32,000 nucleotides of DNA from Nonlabens ponticola (GCF_003966335.1 NZ_CP034549.1:1110001-1142000); one strand, 5' to 3'. Shown: positions 17,475 to 26,418, counted from the stretch's first letter. Numbers and translations are program-made. The notes: a model not told the origin generated them from the letters alone.

Positions 17475-18368
17475 ATGTCAAAATCTCTACCCGCATTAAT
17501 TATATTTTTTCTGATAAGTTCTTTAGGTAGCTCGCAGATAAAGAATGATCTGACTTTTGAATCTTCTATTGGTGAAGCATTTGAAAAGTACAGTGTTTTA
17601 AGAAGTAACGATCCAAATGAATATGTTCTTGGCATCGTCTATTTTGACGCGACTGCAGGAATGTCATTTCGTTATCTAGGAAACCTAAATGCTCAAGATG
17701 ATGATACTCTCCAATTTGAAGGTATTCCTAATGGGATGATGATTATGCGTATAGAGTCAAATTGGAACAAATCTCATATTCTTTCTGACGACGATGTAGC
17801 AGTTTTAAAACTAGAGGAAGATTTTGTCACCAGTTTAAGTGGTTTATTAAAAAATTACAATCCTGAGAAGAAGGATTTGAAATATAAATATGATTTAGGA
17901 TTTGCGTTCAATCACTCAGGTGATGGCAACGCAGCTTTACCATACTTAATGGAAGTTCATGCTGAGGACCCATTATACGAGAGGCTGCCGTTTGAAATAG
18001 CTTTTGCGTACAATGCAAGCGGACAGTATGATAAGGCACTAAAATTTATAGATTCAAGCGATGTAATTGTGACTGAAGATATATTGCTATTGAAAGAGTT
18101 GAACTTTGCCTATGCAAACTCAGATCAAATAGATAAGTCCATAAAATTATATGATGAATTAAAATCAAAGGACTTTGAAAAAGAGTTAAAAGCAGAAATT
18201 GCCTTCAATATCGCAGGGCATTATTTCAGGTCTTTAAACAGAGATGAATTTCTCAAATGGAAAAAAGAAACTAATACCTACAACAACACTCAATTAGATG
18301 GTATTCTTGATCAATTAGAAGCGCAATTAAAGATTGAGATAGAGAAAAGCACTACGGGTGAAAACTAG
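17475..18368 (+). CDS. Hypothetical secreted protein, TPR-like helical repeats
   Basis: Signal peptide MSKSLPALIIFFLISSLGSSQ. The C-terminal half has repeated helical segments resembling TPR. No family was recognised. Confidence 0.55.
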   Translation: MSKSLPALIIFFLISSLGSSQIKNDLTFESSIGEAFEKYSVLRSNDPNEYVLGIVYFDATAGMSFRYLGNLNAQDDDTLQFEGIPNGMMIMRIESNWNKSHILSDDDVAVLKLEEDFVTSLSGLLKNYNPEKKDLKYKYDLGFAFNHSGDGNAALPYLMEVHAEDPLYERLPFEIAFAYNASGQYDKALKFIDSSDVIVTEDILLLKELNFAYANSDQIDKSIKLYDELKSKDFEKELKAEIAFNIAGHYFRSLNRDEFLKWKKETNTYNNTQLDGILDQLEAQLKIEIEKSTTGEN

Positions 18369-18413
18369 TATTGCAATTTTAAGAGGTAAAAAATAAGTAG
18401 TTGCGAAAACAAC

Positions 18414-18427
18414 CGAAAACGTTTTCG
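18414..18427. promoter_or_regulatory. Perfect 14-bp palindrome CGAAAACGTTTTCG (LacI-family-operator-like), 76 nt upstream of the T9SS cargo gene
   Basis: Read directly. It has a central CG flanked by an AAAC/GTTT arrangement, and an extra half-site, GCGAAAAC, lies at 18403-18410. Confidence 0.3.
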
Positions 18428-18502
18428 TAAAACATTTAGTTCTGTTAGAGCAACTTGAGTTGATCTAGTTATTTTTAACAGAACTTTTTATTTTAATTAA
18501 TT

Positions 18503-19672
18503 ATGAAAAAACTTTTACTTTTTTGTGCATTGATATTCAGTGCAATGGCCCTGAACGCCCAGACGATTGGTATTGTGGGACCAGCTGCCAATGGATGGCC
18601 TGGTGATGACAATTCAACGCCAGATATAGAGCTTACCGACAATGGTGATGGTACACATACTATTGAAGGCTTGACGCTAAATACCGGTGCGGCAAAATTT
18701 AGAACCAACAAGAATTGGGATGAGCCTAACTATGGTGGTGATACATTCCCATCAGGAAATGTGACTGGCGGTAATATCCCTGTAGCAGCTGGCGTCTATG
18801 ATATTACGTTGGATTTAAATAGTAATACCTATACTTTTGAAGACGTCTCAACATTTACTGAGATTGAACTAGTTGGAACTGCAGATGGTGACACAGCTTT
18901 TGAAATGGCTACTACTGATGGTGTCAACTATACATTGAGCACTACTCAATTGGGTGATACTATGCTACAATTTAGAGAAGTGGGAACAACAACAACTTAC
19001 TCTTCTGCTGATTTTCCATCTGGTACTGCTACAGAAGGTGGTGAGGCGATCAATTCAACTAGTGGTTTTTACAATGTTTCATTTAATCTTGAGACTCTAG
19101 CCTATTCTTTTGATATTCCGTCTATAGGTCTAGTAGGTCCAGGCGCCGCTGGATGGCCTGGAGAAGAGAATCAGACACCAGACATCATGATGTCAAGTGA
19201 GAATGGAGATGTTTATGTGCTAGAAGATCAGGTAATTAATGATGGTGATATCAAGTTTAGACAAGATCAAGACTGGAGTGTCAATTGGGGTGGCACGGCA
19301 TTCCCAGAAGGCCCTGCAGTTTTGAACAGTGGCGATAATATTCCTGCTACTGCTGGCACTTACGATATTACCTTCTCAAGGTCTAATTCTACTTATACGT
19401 TTACATCATCAACCGCATCAAATGATGATGTAGCTTTTGCTGGTTTCAAAGTATATCCTAATCCATCAAGTGATGTATGGGTTTTTGAAAATCAAAATGA
19501 ATTGATTGCTGGAGTTTCTGTATATGATCAAACAGGTAAACTAATTTACGAGAGCGACGACAATGCATTGCGTACTCAGTTCAACGCAGGTAGTTTGAGT
19601 ACTGGATTATACATTGCTCAAGTAACACTTGCCAATGGCTCCCAAAGAGCGATACGATTGCTCAAGAAGTAA
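18503..19672 (+). CDS. Secreted T9SS cargo protein with three tandem SusE/SusF-like (carbohydrate-binding-like) domains and a type A C-terminal sorting domain
   Basis: There is a signal peptide. Repeats run IGIVGPAANGWPGDDNSTPD...KFRTNKNWDEPNYGG...YDITLDLNSNTYTF and IGLVGPGAAGWPGEENQTPD...KFRQDQDWSVNWGG...YDITFSRSNSTYTF, with a degenerate middle copy. The C-terminal FKVYPNPSSD...GLYIAQV...IRLLKK matches the T9SS CTD pattern. Confidence 0.8.
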   Translation: MKKLLLFCALIFSAMALNAQTIGIVGPAANGWPGDDNSTPDIELTDNGDGTHTIEGLTLNTGAAKFRTNKNWDEPNYGGDTFPSGNVTGGNIPVAAGVYDITLDLNSNTYTFEDVSTFTEIELVGTADGDTAFEMATTDGVNYTLSTTQLGDTMLQFREVGTTTTYSSADFPSGTATEGGEAINSTSGFYNVSFNLETLAYSFDIPSIGLVGPGAAGWPGEENQTPDIMMSSENGDVYVLEDQVINDGDIKFRQDQDWSVNWGGTAFPEGPAVLNSGDNIPATAGTYDITFSRSNSTYTFTSSTASNDDVAFAGFKVYPNPSSDVWVFENQNELIAGVSVYDQTGKLIYESDDNALRTQFNAGSLSTGLYIAQVTLANGSQRAIRLLKK

Positions 19673-19692
19673 TTCATCCTTAATCGTTATTC

Positions 19693-19727
19693 AAACCGCA
19701 TCTAGCCACATCTAGATGCGGTTTTTT
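19693..19727 (+). terminator. Rho-independent terminator after the T9SS cargo gene
   Basis: AAACCGCATCTAG-(6 nt)-CTAGATGCGGTTT, a 13-bp stem running into a T-run (GGTTTTTTATT). Confidence 0.8.
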
Positions 19728-19754
19728 ATTGATTCAATCCTTGATTTGCCCTAA

Positions 19755-19786
19755 TTGATGTATGCTTTAAATTGTACGTATTTTTG
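19755..19786 (+). promoter_or_regulatory. Putative promoter for obg
   Basis: TTG (19755-19757), a 21-nt spacer, then TATTTTTG (19779-19786), matching TAnnTTTG. It lies about 80 nt upstream of the obg ATG. Confidence 0.35.
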
Positions 19787-19866
19787 CAAACTGAAAGAAC
19801 TTAACCTATTACTGCATATTGTATGCATGGTCATTTTAGGAATTGTTCAAATTTTCAATCTAAGTT

Positions 19867-20877
19867 ATGACTGAAGGAAATTTTGTTGACTACACTAAAG
19901 TAAACCTTGAATCTGGTCGTGGTGGTAAAGGCAGTACGCACTTGCACCGTGAGAAGTACATCGAGAAAGGTGGTCCAGATGGCGGTGATGGTGGTCGTGG
20001 TGGTCATATCATATTGCGCGGGAATAAAAACCTGTGGACGCTGTATCATTTTAAGTATAAGCGTCACTTCAAGGCAGCTCAAGGTGGCAACGGTGCAAAA
20101 CAACGCCGTACAGGAGAAGATGGTGAGGACATTTACATTGATTTACCGTTGGGAACTGTCGTACGTGATACAGAAACTGGTAAGATCGTTCACGAGGTAC
20201 TGGAAGATGGTGATGAGTTTATCATCTGTGAAGGTGGATTAGGCGGTCGCGGTAACTGGCACTTTAAAAGTTCCACGCGACAAACGCCACGATATGCACA
20301 GCCTGGAACTGAAGGTCAAGCGGTAGACGTGACTTTTGAACTTAAAGTTCTTGCAGATGTAGGTCTGGTAGGATTTCCTAATGCTGGAAAGTCAACGTTG
20401 CTATCAGTTCTTACCGCTGCAAAACCTAAAATTGCCAACTATGAATTTACCACGCTTAAACCTAATCTAGGAATTGTTGAGTACCGCGATTTTCAAACAT
20501 TTGTCATTGCCGACATTCCTGGTATAATTGAAGGCGCTGCCGAAGGTAAAGGAATAGGTCACCGGTTCTTAAGACATATAGAACGTAATTCTACGCTCTT
20601 GTTTTTAATCCCAGCAGACTCAGACGATATCAGTGCAGAGTATGAGATACTACTCAATGAGTTGCGCAAATACAATCCAGAAATGCTGGATAAGGAACGA
20701 TTTGTAGCTATTTCTAAAGCAGATATGCTAGATGAGGAACTCATGGAGCAAATGCGAGAGGAGCTAGACAATCAAGGTGCCTTTAATGGTGCACCATACA
20801 TGTTTATAAGCTCGATAAGTCAATATAATATGCAACAGCTCAAGGATCGCTTGTGGCAAATGCTTAATGAAGAATAA
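19867..20877 (+). CDS. obg: GTPase Obg/CgtA
   Basis: Glycine-rich Obg fold ([28 protein letters not shown]), G1 motif [17 protein letters not shown] and ISKAD. Confidence 0.92.
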   Translation: MTEGNFVDYTKVNLESGRGGKGSTHLHREKYIEKGGPDGGDGGRGGHIILRGNKNLWTLYHFKYKRHFKAAQGGNGAKQRRTGEDGEDIYIDLPLGTVVRDTETGKIVHEVLEDGDEFIICEGGLGGRGNWHFKSSTRQTPRYAQPGTEGQAVDVTFELKVLADVGLVGFPNAGKSTLLSVLTAAKPKIANYEFTTLKPNLGIVEYRDFQTFVIADIPGIIEGAAEGKGIGHRFLRHIERNSTLLFLIPADSDDISAEYEILLNELRKYNPEMLDKERFVAISKADMLDEELMEQMREELDNQGAFNGAPYMFISSISQYNMQQLKDRLWQMLNEE

Positions 20878-21603
20878 ATGATTATGAAATCAATTTTACT
20901 AGTTATCGCTCTTTTTCTCACGGCAAATTTCAGCGTCGCTCAAGATTATTTAGGAACCTGGAGTTTTCAAAGTATTGATACAGCTTCTCTTGATGAAGAA
21001 ATTCCAGAAGAGACAATCACTACATTATCAGCTGTATTTCAGTTTTTGAAGGTTACTATAAATCCTGATGAAACTTTTGAGATCTCGATGATGGGTCAAT
21101 CAGACTCTGGATCGTACACCGTTGATGGTGACCAACTTTTACTAGGTCCTTCAAGTGAGAAGTTTACCGTCAAAGAAAATGGCCTTGCTCAACTACAGAT
21201 GGGAAACGCACGATTGTTATTAAGCAAAGGCGCCATTGACGTACCGGCTAAAAAATACATTCTAAAGGACGATTATGAACCTATCGCTTTTACTGCAAAA
21301 CAATTAGTCGGTAAATGGAAATCCCTAGAAGTCAAAGCTTCTGCTATTGAGGAATCGCCAGAAATGACTGAAACCATGCTAGCAACACTAGAGACGGAAT
21401 TTAACGAGGACTTTTCGGCAAGTTTTGGAGCGTTGGGATTCACCCAAGAGTTGATATGGTCTCAAGGTGATGCTGATGGTATACTGCTATTAGGTATAGA
21501 AGGATCAGAGCCAAAGACCTATGAAATTAACTTTGTAGATGAAAGTCACCTCATGATGACACTTGTCAAGACAGGAACCATCCTGTATCTAAAGAAGCAA
21601 TAA
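20878..21603 (+). CDS. Hypothetical secreted protein (lipocalin-like, internally duplicated)
   Basis: Signal peptide MKSILLVIALFLTANFSVAQ; the start may be the ATG at 20884 rather than 20878. There are two GxW(S/K) segments (YLGTWSFQS and LVGKWKSLE) typical of lipocalin-like domains. The family is uncertain. Confidence 0.55.
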   Translation: MIMKSILLVIALFLTANFSVAQDYLGTWSFQSIDTASLDEEIPEETITTLSAVFQFLKVTINPDETFEISMMGQSDSGSYTVDGDQLLLGPSSEKFTVKENGLAQLQMGNARLLLSKGAIDVPAKKYILKDDYEPIAFTAKQLVGKWKSLEVKASAIEESPEMTETMLATLETEFNEDFSASFGALGFTQELIWSQGDADGILLLGIEGSEPKTYEINFVDESHLMMTLVKTGTILYLKKQ

Positions 21604-21655
21604 ACTATTTAGGCTACACAAAATTCATGCAGAATTGGTGGTGATTCTCATTTAC

Positions 21656-21669
21656 GCTTTCGCGAAAGC
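21656..21669. repeat. Iterated palindrome, copy 5 (convergent intergenic region)
   Basis: Read directly. The perfect palindrome extends to 18 nt, ACGCTTTCGCGAAAGCGT (21654-21671). Confidence 0.95.
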
Positions 21670-21687
21670 GTGATCAAATACAAACTT

Positions 21688-22131
21688 CTAAACACCAAAT
21701 TGCCTAAAGTGATGATCTAGATGCTTCCACTGTAGAGTGCCCCATTGATCTTTGGTGAAGTGTCCAAATACAGGATGAGGTCGACGGTCTTCATTGTCAC
21801 GGTCGTACCACAACTCTTGCATCCATTGATCTAGCTTTTCTTTCTCGCTTGAAAAGTCATAATTGTCAGTGGCTTGAAAGACTTTAGGAGTAGGCGCATT
21901 TCTCTTAAAGGGTTTCTCGCTGTACATCATCTTTTTAAACAGCAATTTGACAATCCAGTTAGGTTTCATGTTGAACTTATCTTTCCCTAGAGCTGTTTGA
22001 ATAGGATATTGACAATGCTGAAACATTTGTGCTGCATTCATCTTTCCCCATTCTGGTTGTGCGCTAGACTCAATCTGTTGTAGTCTAGCTCTCAGTTCTT
22101 CATAGGTTTGCTGTTCAAAAAATGATTTCAT
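21688..22131 (-). CDS. DUF1569 (DinB-like) family protein
   Basis: 147-aa ORF. The pattern EWGKMNAAQMFQHC...GHF...QW..L..KHLDHHFRQFG matches my memory of DUF1569 proteins. Confidence 0.7.
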   Translation of the reverse strand: MKSFFEQQTYEELRARLQQIESSAQPEWGKMNAAQMFQHCQYPIQTALGKDKFNMKPNWIVKLLFKKMMYSEKPFKRNAPTPKVFQATDNYDFSSEKEKLDQWMQELWYDRDNEDRRPHPVFGHFTKDQWGTLQWKHLDHHFRQFGV

Positions 22132-22155
22132 TTTCCAATCTTTTTATAAGTTACG

Positions 22156-22701
22156 CTACAAGTTTTTCAGGTTAGCTTTTAATTTCTTAGCCCTTTTTGC
22201 AAATTCATTAATATAGTCAACGTCCTCATCTGAATAATTTATGGAGGTTTCTAAAAGCACCGAATCCTTCAAAATCAAGTATGTGGCTTGCCATATCTTC
22301 TTTTGCTCCTTCCAAAAATTCTGTTTGATTTCACTGTAGACCAATGTGTCGTTTTTGTAGTAGTAATTCTCATAAAAATAAAGATCATCATTGCCACCGG
22401 TATACTCAACCATTGCCATCTTATGATTGTCCATGTTGAATACTTCAAGGTAAGATCCACCAGTAGGTTTATGCCAAAGAATTTTGTTCTTTCGATATTT
22501 ATGAAAAGTATGGTGAGCGTGAGAGCCTTTAATTAATTCTACAGATTTTATTGAATCCACATATTGCAAAATTTCATCAACCTCGGAATCTAGAATTGAA
22601 GATTGTGCGTAAAGAAAATATGCGTTAAATAGAAATACGAGGCATAATCCTAAAGTCTTTAAATTCAGTTCAGAGCAATATGTTTGGAGTGCTTTATTCA
22701 T
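22156..22701 (-). CDS. Hypothetical protein with an N-terminal hydrophobic segment
   Basis: 181-aa ORF overlapping the upstream NamZ-like stop by 8 nt, consistent with translational coupling. No family was recognised. Confidence 0.5.
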   Translation of the reverse strand: MNKALQTYCSELNLKTLGLCLVFLFNAYFLYAQSSILDSEVDEILQYVDSIKSVELIKGSHAHHTFHKYRKNKILWHKPTGGSYLEVFNMDNHKMAMVEYTGGNDDLYFYENYYYKNDTLVYSEIKQNFWKEQKKIWQATYLILKDSVLLETSINYSDEDVDYINEFAKRAKKLKANLKNL

Positions 22702-24019
22702 AAAGTAAATACGCTTGTCGCATCTCGTTGTATTCTTTCAATCCGTCTTGCCATGTAGATGTAATTTCTTCTGCGCTCATGCCTTTCTCTATTTGTTCTT
22801 GCAGTACGGTTGTTCCTGCCAACTTGGTAAAAAAGTCATTAAAGAAAGCTTGTTTGTAAGGCGCCTTGCTATAGGCATCGACTAGAAATTCTAATTCGAT
22901 TTTATCAAGTTTAGGATAATCACGCAAATCAACGCCAAAACATCGTTTCCCGTTAAACATTGGTCTTTTGGCACCTACATTAGGCGTTGGTGTGAATGAG
23001 AAATCACGATACTTTGCCAGCGATGGTGATCCATAAACTTGAAACTGCATGTTAGTACCACGACCTACACTAACATCAGTCCCTTCAAAGAAGCATAGGC
23101 TGGGATATAAATTGATGGATTGAGCATTGGGTAGGTTAGGCGATGGCGCGATAGGCAATTCATAGGGTAAGTCACGGTTGTAATTTTTCATGGCGATCAC
23201 CTGCAATTTGCACTGCTCGCCATAAGGCAACCATTTTTCGCCATTGATCATTCGTGCATATTCACCTATTGTCATACCATGAACCACAGGCACCGGATGC
23301 ATACCTACAAAACTCTTATGCTTAGGTTCTAGGATAGGTCCATCGATGTAATTACCATTGGGATTAGGTCTGTCAAGTACGATGAGTTGTTTTTTATTTT
23401 CTGCACAGGCTTCCATGACATAGTGCAGCGTTGAGATGTATGTATAGAATCTTGCACCTACATCTTGTATATCAAACAGGATAATATCCACATTATCTAA
23501 TTGATCTATTGTAGGTTTCTTGTTAGCACCGTAAAGGGAAATGATAGGCAAACCGCTGCGCTTGTCAATTCCATCTTCAATAGCGGCACCAGCATCTGCC
23601 GTGCCTCTAAAACCATGTTCTGGAGCAAAAACCTTGACCACATCAACGCCTCGATCCAGTAAACTATCCACTAGGTGTACATATCGTACTTGTACGTTGT
23701 CATCCCATGTAGCTCTTTCCTCGACCGTATGGCTATTAATCACGCTGGTTTGATTGCCTACAATGGCAATTCTCTTTCCTTTGAGTAGCGGCAGCCAATC
23801 ATCAACTCGATCTGCTGCTGGTACAGCAATGTTTTGGAGTGGATTGACCTTGGTGATCGACTTAGTTTGAGAAGAGACTTTAGGGTTATCGACAGCATCT
23901 TTTCCTTGGGTTTTATTTTTGTTATTGATGCTGGCATCGCAGGATTGCAGCATCACGGCCATAAGGATTATGGTATATTTGAATACTTTAAAAGAAGGAT
24001 TGAATCTAGAATATTTCAT
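22694..24019 (-). CDS. DUF1343 family protein (NamZ-like exo-beta-N-acetylmuramidase), lipoprotein
   Basis: Signal peptide with lipobox (IILMAVMLQSC). IAIVGNQTSV and VFAPEHGFRGTADAG motifs are typical of DUF1343. Confidence 0.82.
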   Translation of the reverse strand: MKYSRFNPSFKVFKYTIILMAVMLQSCDASINNKNKTQGKDAVDNPKVSSQTKSITKVNPLQNIAVPAADRVDDWLPLLKGKRIAIVGNQTSVINSHTVEERATWDDNVQVRYVHLVDSLLDRGVDVVKVFAPEHGFRGTADAGAAIEDGIDKRSGLPIISLYGANKKPTIDQLDNVDIILFDIQDVGARFYTYISTLHYVMEACAENKKQLIVLDRPNPNGNYIDGPILEPKHKSFVGMHPVPVVHGMTIGEYARMINGEKWLPYGEQCKLQVIAMKNYNRDLPYELPIAPSPNLPNAQSINLYPSLCFFEGTDVSVGRGTNMQFQVYGSPSLAKYRDFSFTPTPNVGAKRPMFNGKRCFGVDLRDYPKLDKIELEFLVDAYSKAPYKQAFFNDFFTKLAGTTVLQEQIEKGMSAEEITSTWQDGLKEYNEMRQAYLLYE

Positions 24020-25232
24020 AGCGCGTCGAGTACAAAGTAGTACCGCTTATAAAAATAGCGTAAGCGCACCGATAATTAAAATTGCCATCGCTGCAATTGC
24101 CATAGGTATGATCGTTATGATCATCGCCGTTGCCACAGGTGTTGGTCTGCAAAAAAAGATCAAGGAAAAGGTGAGTGCATTTAACGGCGACATAAGTATC
24201 TCGTTATTTGATCGCAATAACAGTATTACAACCACAAGACCTATCTCTCGTGATCAACCTTTTTACCCAGATTTTAACGAGGTGCCTGATGTGAGCCATG
24301 TGCAAGCGGTAGCTACCAAGGGCGCCATGATACGTACCGCAACAGATTTTGAGGGCGTGATTCTTAAAGGTGTTGGCACAGATTATAATTGGGATTTGTT
24401 TGATGATTTTATCATTGCGGGAACGCGCCCAGATGTAAGCCTAGAAAAAACATCTAAGGACATCCTCATATCAGATGATATCGCACGCCGGCTCAATCTC
24501 AAAGTAGGTGACAAGGCTCGCACCTATTTTATGAAACCTAATGAAGAGCCCATAGGTAGAGCATTCACCGTTTCAGGTATCTATGATAGCGGTCTTGAGG
24601 AATACGACACGAAATTCATTATCGGCGATTTGCGCAACATCCAGAAGATCAATAAGTGGCAGGATGATGAGGTCGGTAAGTTTGAAGTTTTCGTCAACGA
24701 TTTCAATGATATCGATCGGATAGGTCGTGAGGTATATCTGGAAGTACCACAACTGCTGGATGCTCGCACGATCAAGGATATGTATCCCACAATTTTTCAG
24801 TGGTTGGCATTGCTGGATGGCAATATCTACGGCATCATTGGCATCATCTTGATTGTCGGTATCATTAATATGATTACGGCGTTGCTGGTGTTAATATTGG
24901 ATCGCACAGCAATGATAGGATTGCTCAAATCGCTAGGTGCGACAGACTGGAACATCCGCAAGGTCTTTTTGTACAATGCCATGAGTTTAATTCTGCAAGG
25001 ACTTTTTTGGGGTAATTTAATAGGATTGGGATTGGTGGCAATTCAATATTTCCTGGCGCCGCTCACGTTGGATCCAGCGACCTATTATGTTTCACAAGCG
25101 CCCGTTTACATCTCTTGGTGGCATGTGTTGTTGCTCAATTTGGGTACGATCACCATTTGTCTTCTTGTATTGATCTTACCTACACTAGTCATTAGTCGCA
25201 TCTCACCAGTAAAGGCTATGCGCTTTGAATGA
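24000..25232 (+). CDS. FtsX/LolE-like ABC transporter permease
   Basis: I favour the TTG start at 24000, giving MNLEYFIARR..., which matches the usual N-terminus of this family as I recall it; the ATG at 23970 is the alternative. There is an N-terminal TM segment, a large periplasmic loop and a C-terminal FtsX domain with three TM segments. Confidence 0.78.
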   Translation: MNLEYFIARRVQSSTAYKNSVSAPIIKIAIAAIAIGMIVMIIAVATGVGLQKKIKEKVSAFNGDISISLFDRNNSITTTRPISRDQPFYPDFNEVPDVSHVQAVATKGAMIRTATDFEGVILKGVGTDYNWDLFDDFIIAGTRPDVSLEKTSKDILISDDIARRLNLKVGDKARTYFMKPNEEPIGRAFTVSGIYDSGLEEYDTKFIIGDLRNIQKINKWQDDEVGKFEVFVNDFNDIDRIGREVYLEVPQLLDARTIKDMYPTIFQWLALLDGNIYGIIGIILIVGIINMITALLVLILDRTAMIGLLKSLGATDWNIRKVFLYNAMSLILQGLFWGNLIGLGLVAIQYFLAPLTLDPATYYVSQAPVYISWWHVLLLNLGTITICLLVLILPTLVISRISPVKAMRFE

Positions 25233-25247
25233 TTTTATGTGAGTTAC

Positions 25248-25261
25248 GCTTTCGCGAAAGC
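25248..25261. repeat. Iterated palindrome, copy 6 (15 nt after the permease stop)
   Basis: Read directly. The flanks GTTAC...TAAC extend the inverted repeat to 25243-25265 with one bulged base. Confidence 0.95.
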
Positions 25262-25328
25262 TAACAAACCCAACTTCACTAGACTAAATAACAAACATTG
25301 ATGTAGCAATTACCTGCCTGCAAAATCC

Positions 25329-25336
25329 TAAATTTG
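25329..25336 (+). promoter_or_regulatory. Candidate -7 box (TAAATTTG) for the cysteine-synthase-like gene
   Basis: An exact TAnnTTTG match ending 17 nt upstream of the ATG at 25354. It lies within a small inverted repeat, CTGCAAA...TTTGCAG. Confidence 0.4.
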
Positions 25337-25353
25337 CAGCGCAAAATTATTTC

Positions 25354-26343
25354 ATGAAATACGCTGAAAATATCCTTGAAACCATAGGAAACACGCCACT
25401 AGTAAAGATGAACAAGTTGGTAGAAGATTTACCATGCTTGGTGCTGGCAAAATATGAAACCTTCAATCCAGGAAACAGCGTCAAGGACCGTATGGGTCTT
25501 AAAATGATTGAGGACGCAGAGGCCGACGGACGCCTCAAACCAGGCGGAACCATCATTGAAGGAACCAGCGGCAACACAGGAATGGGACTCGCACTAGCTG
25601 CCATTATAAAAGGCTACAAGCTTATATGCGTTCTCAGCGACAAACAATCCAAAGAAAAGATGGACATCCTCAAAGCAGTAGGTGCACAAGTTCACGTATG
25701 TCCTACAGATGTCGCACCAGACGATCCACAAAGCTATTATTCTACCAGCAAGAGATTAAGCGAGGAAATACCTAACTCATGGTATGTAAATCAATACGAT
25801 AATCCTTCCAATTGTAAAGCACATTACGAGAGTACCGGTCCAGAAATCTGGGAACAAACTGATGGTAAAGTAACTCACTTTGTAGTAGGTGTAGGAACCG
25901 GCGGTACGATTTCAGGAGTAGGGACTTATTTAAAATTGCAAAATCCAGACATTAAGGTTTGGGGAATTGATACTTATGGTAGTGTGTTTAAGAAATATCA
26001 CGAGACAGGTATTTTTGATGAGAATGAGATCTATCCTTATGTTACTGAAGGTATAGGCGAGGATATCCTACCACTCAACGTGAGATTTGAGGTTATCGAT
26101 GGCTTTACCAAAGTAACTGATAAAGATGCTGCCATCTACACACGCAGACTGGCCAAAGAAGAAGGTATGTTCTTAGGGAACAGCGCAGGAGCGGCGATCA
26201 AAGGATTGTTACAAATCCATGAGCAAACGCCATTTACTAAGGACGATGTCGTGGTGATATTATACCACGATCACGGCAGTCGTTATGTAGGTAAATTCTT
26301 CAACGATGAATGGATGGCCCAAAAAGGCTGGTTAGAAGAATAG
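25354..26343 (+). CDS. PLP-dependent cysteine synthase / cystathionine beta-synthase-like enzyme (no CBS pair)
   Basis: GNTPLV, the PLP-lysine motif NPGNSVKDR, GTSGNTG and GVGTGGTISG motifs of the fold-type II Trp-synthase-beta superfamily. Confidence 0.85.
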   Translation: MKYAENILETIGNTPLVKMNKLVEDLPCLVLAKYETFNPGNSVKDRMGLKMIEDAEADGRLKPGGTIIEGTSGNTGMGLALAAIIKGYKLICVLSDKQSKEKMDILKAVGAQVHVCPTDVAPDDPQSYYSTSKRLSEEIPNSWYVNQYDNPSNCKAHYESTGPEIWEQTDGKVTHFVVGVGTGGTISGVGTYLKLQNPDIKVWGIDTYGSVFKKYHETGIFDENEIYPYVTEGIGEDILPLNVRFEVIDGFTKVTDKDAAIYTRRLAKEEGMFLGNSAGAAIKGLLQIHEQTPFTKDDVVVILYHDHGSRYVGKFFNDEWMAQKGWLEE

Positions 26344-26418
26344 GATCACCTAGACTAAGTCTATAATTGCTAGTGTTTGATTACTATGCTCTAAATTAGC
26401 ATGTCAAGACAGGCATCA

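Noticed and set aside
19813-19827. Inverted repeat TGCATA-TTG-TATGCA in the obg leader
   Set aside because: It is a 6-bp AT-rich stem, easily produced by chance, and there is no second copy or associated signal.
19855-20242. ORFs of 82 aa (-) and 111 aa (+) overlapping the 5' part of obg
   Set aside because: They are shadow frames of the glycine-rich GGxGG-repeat region of Obg, and their V/T-rich translations look non-biological.
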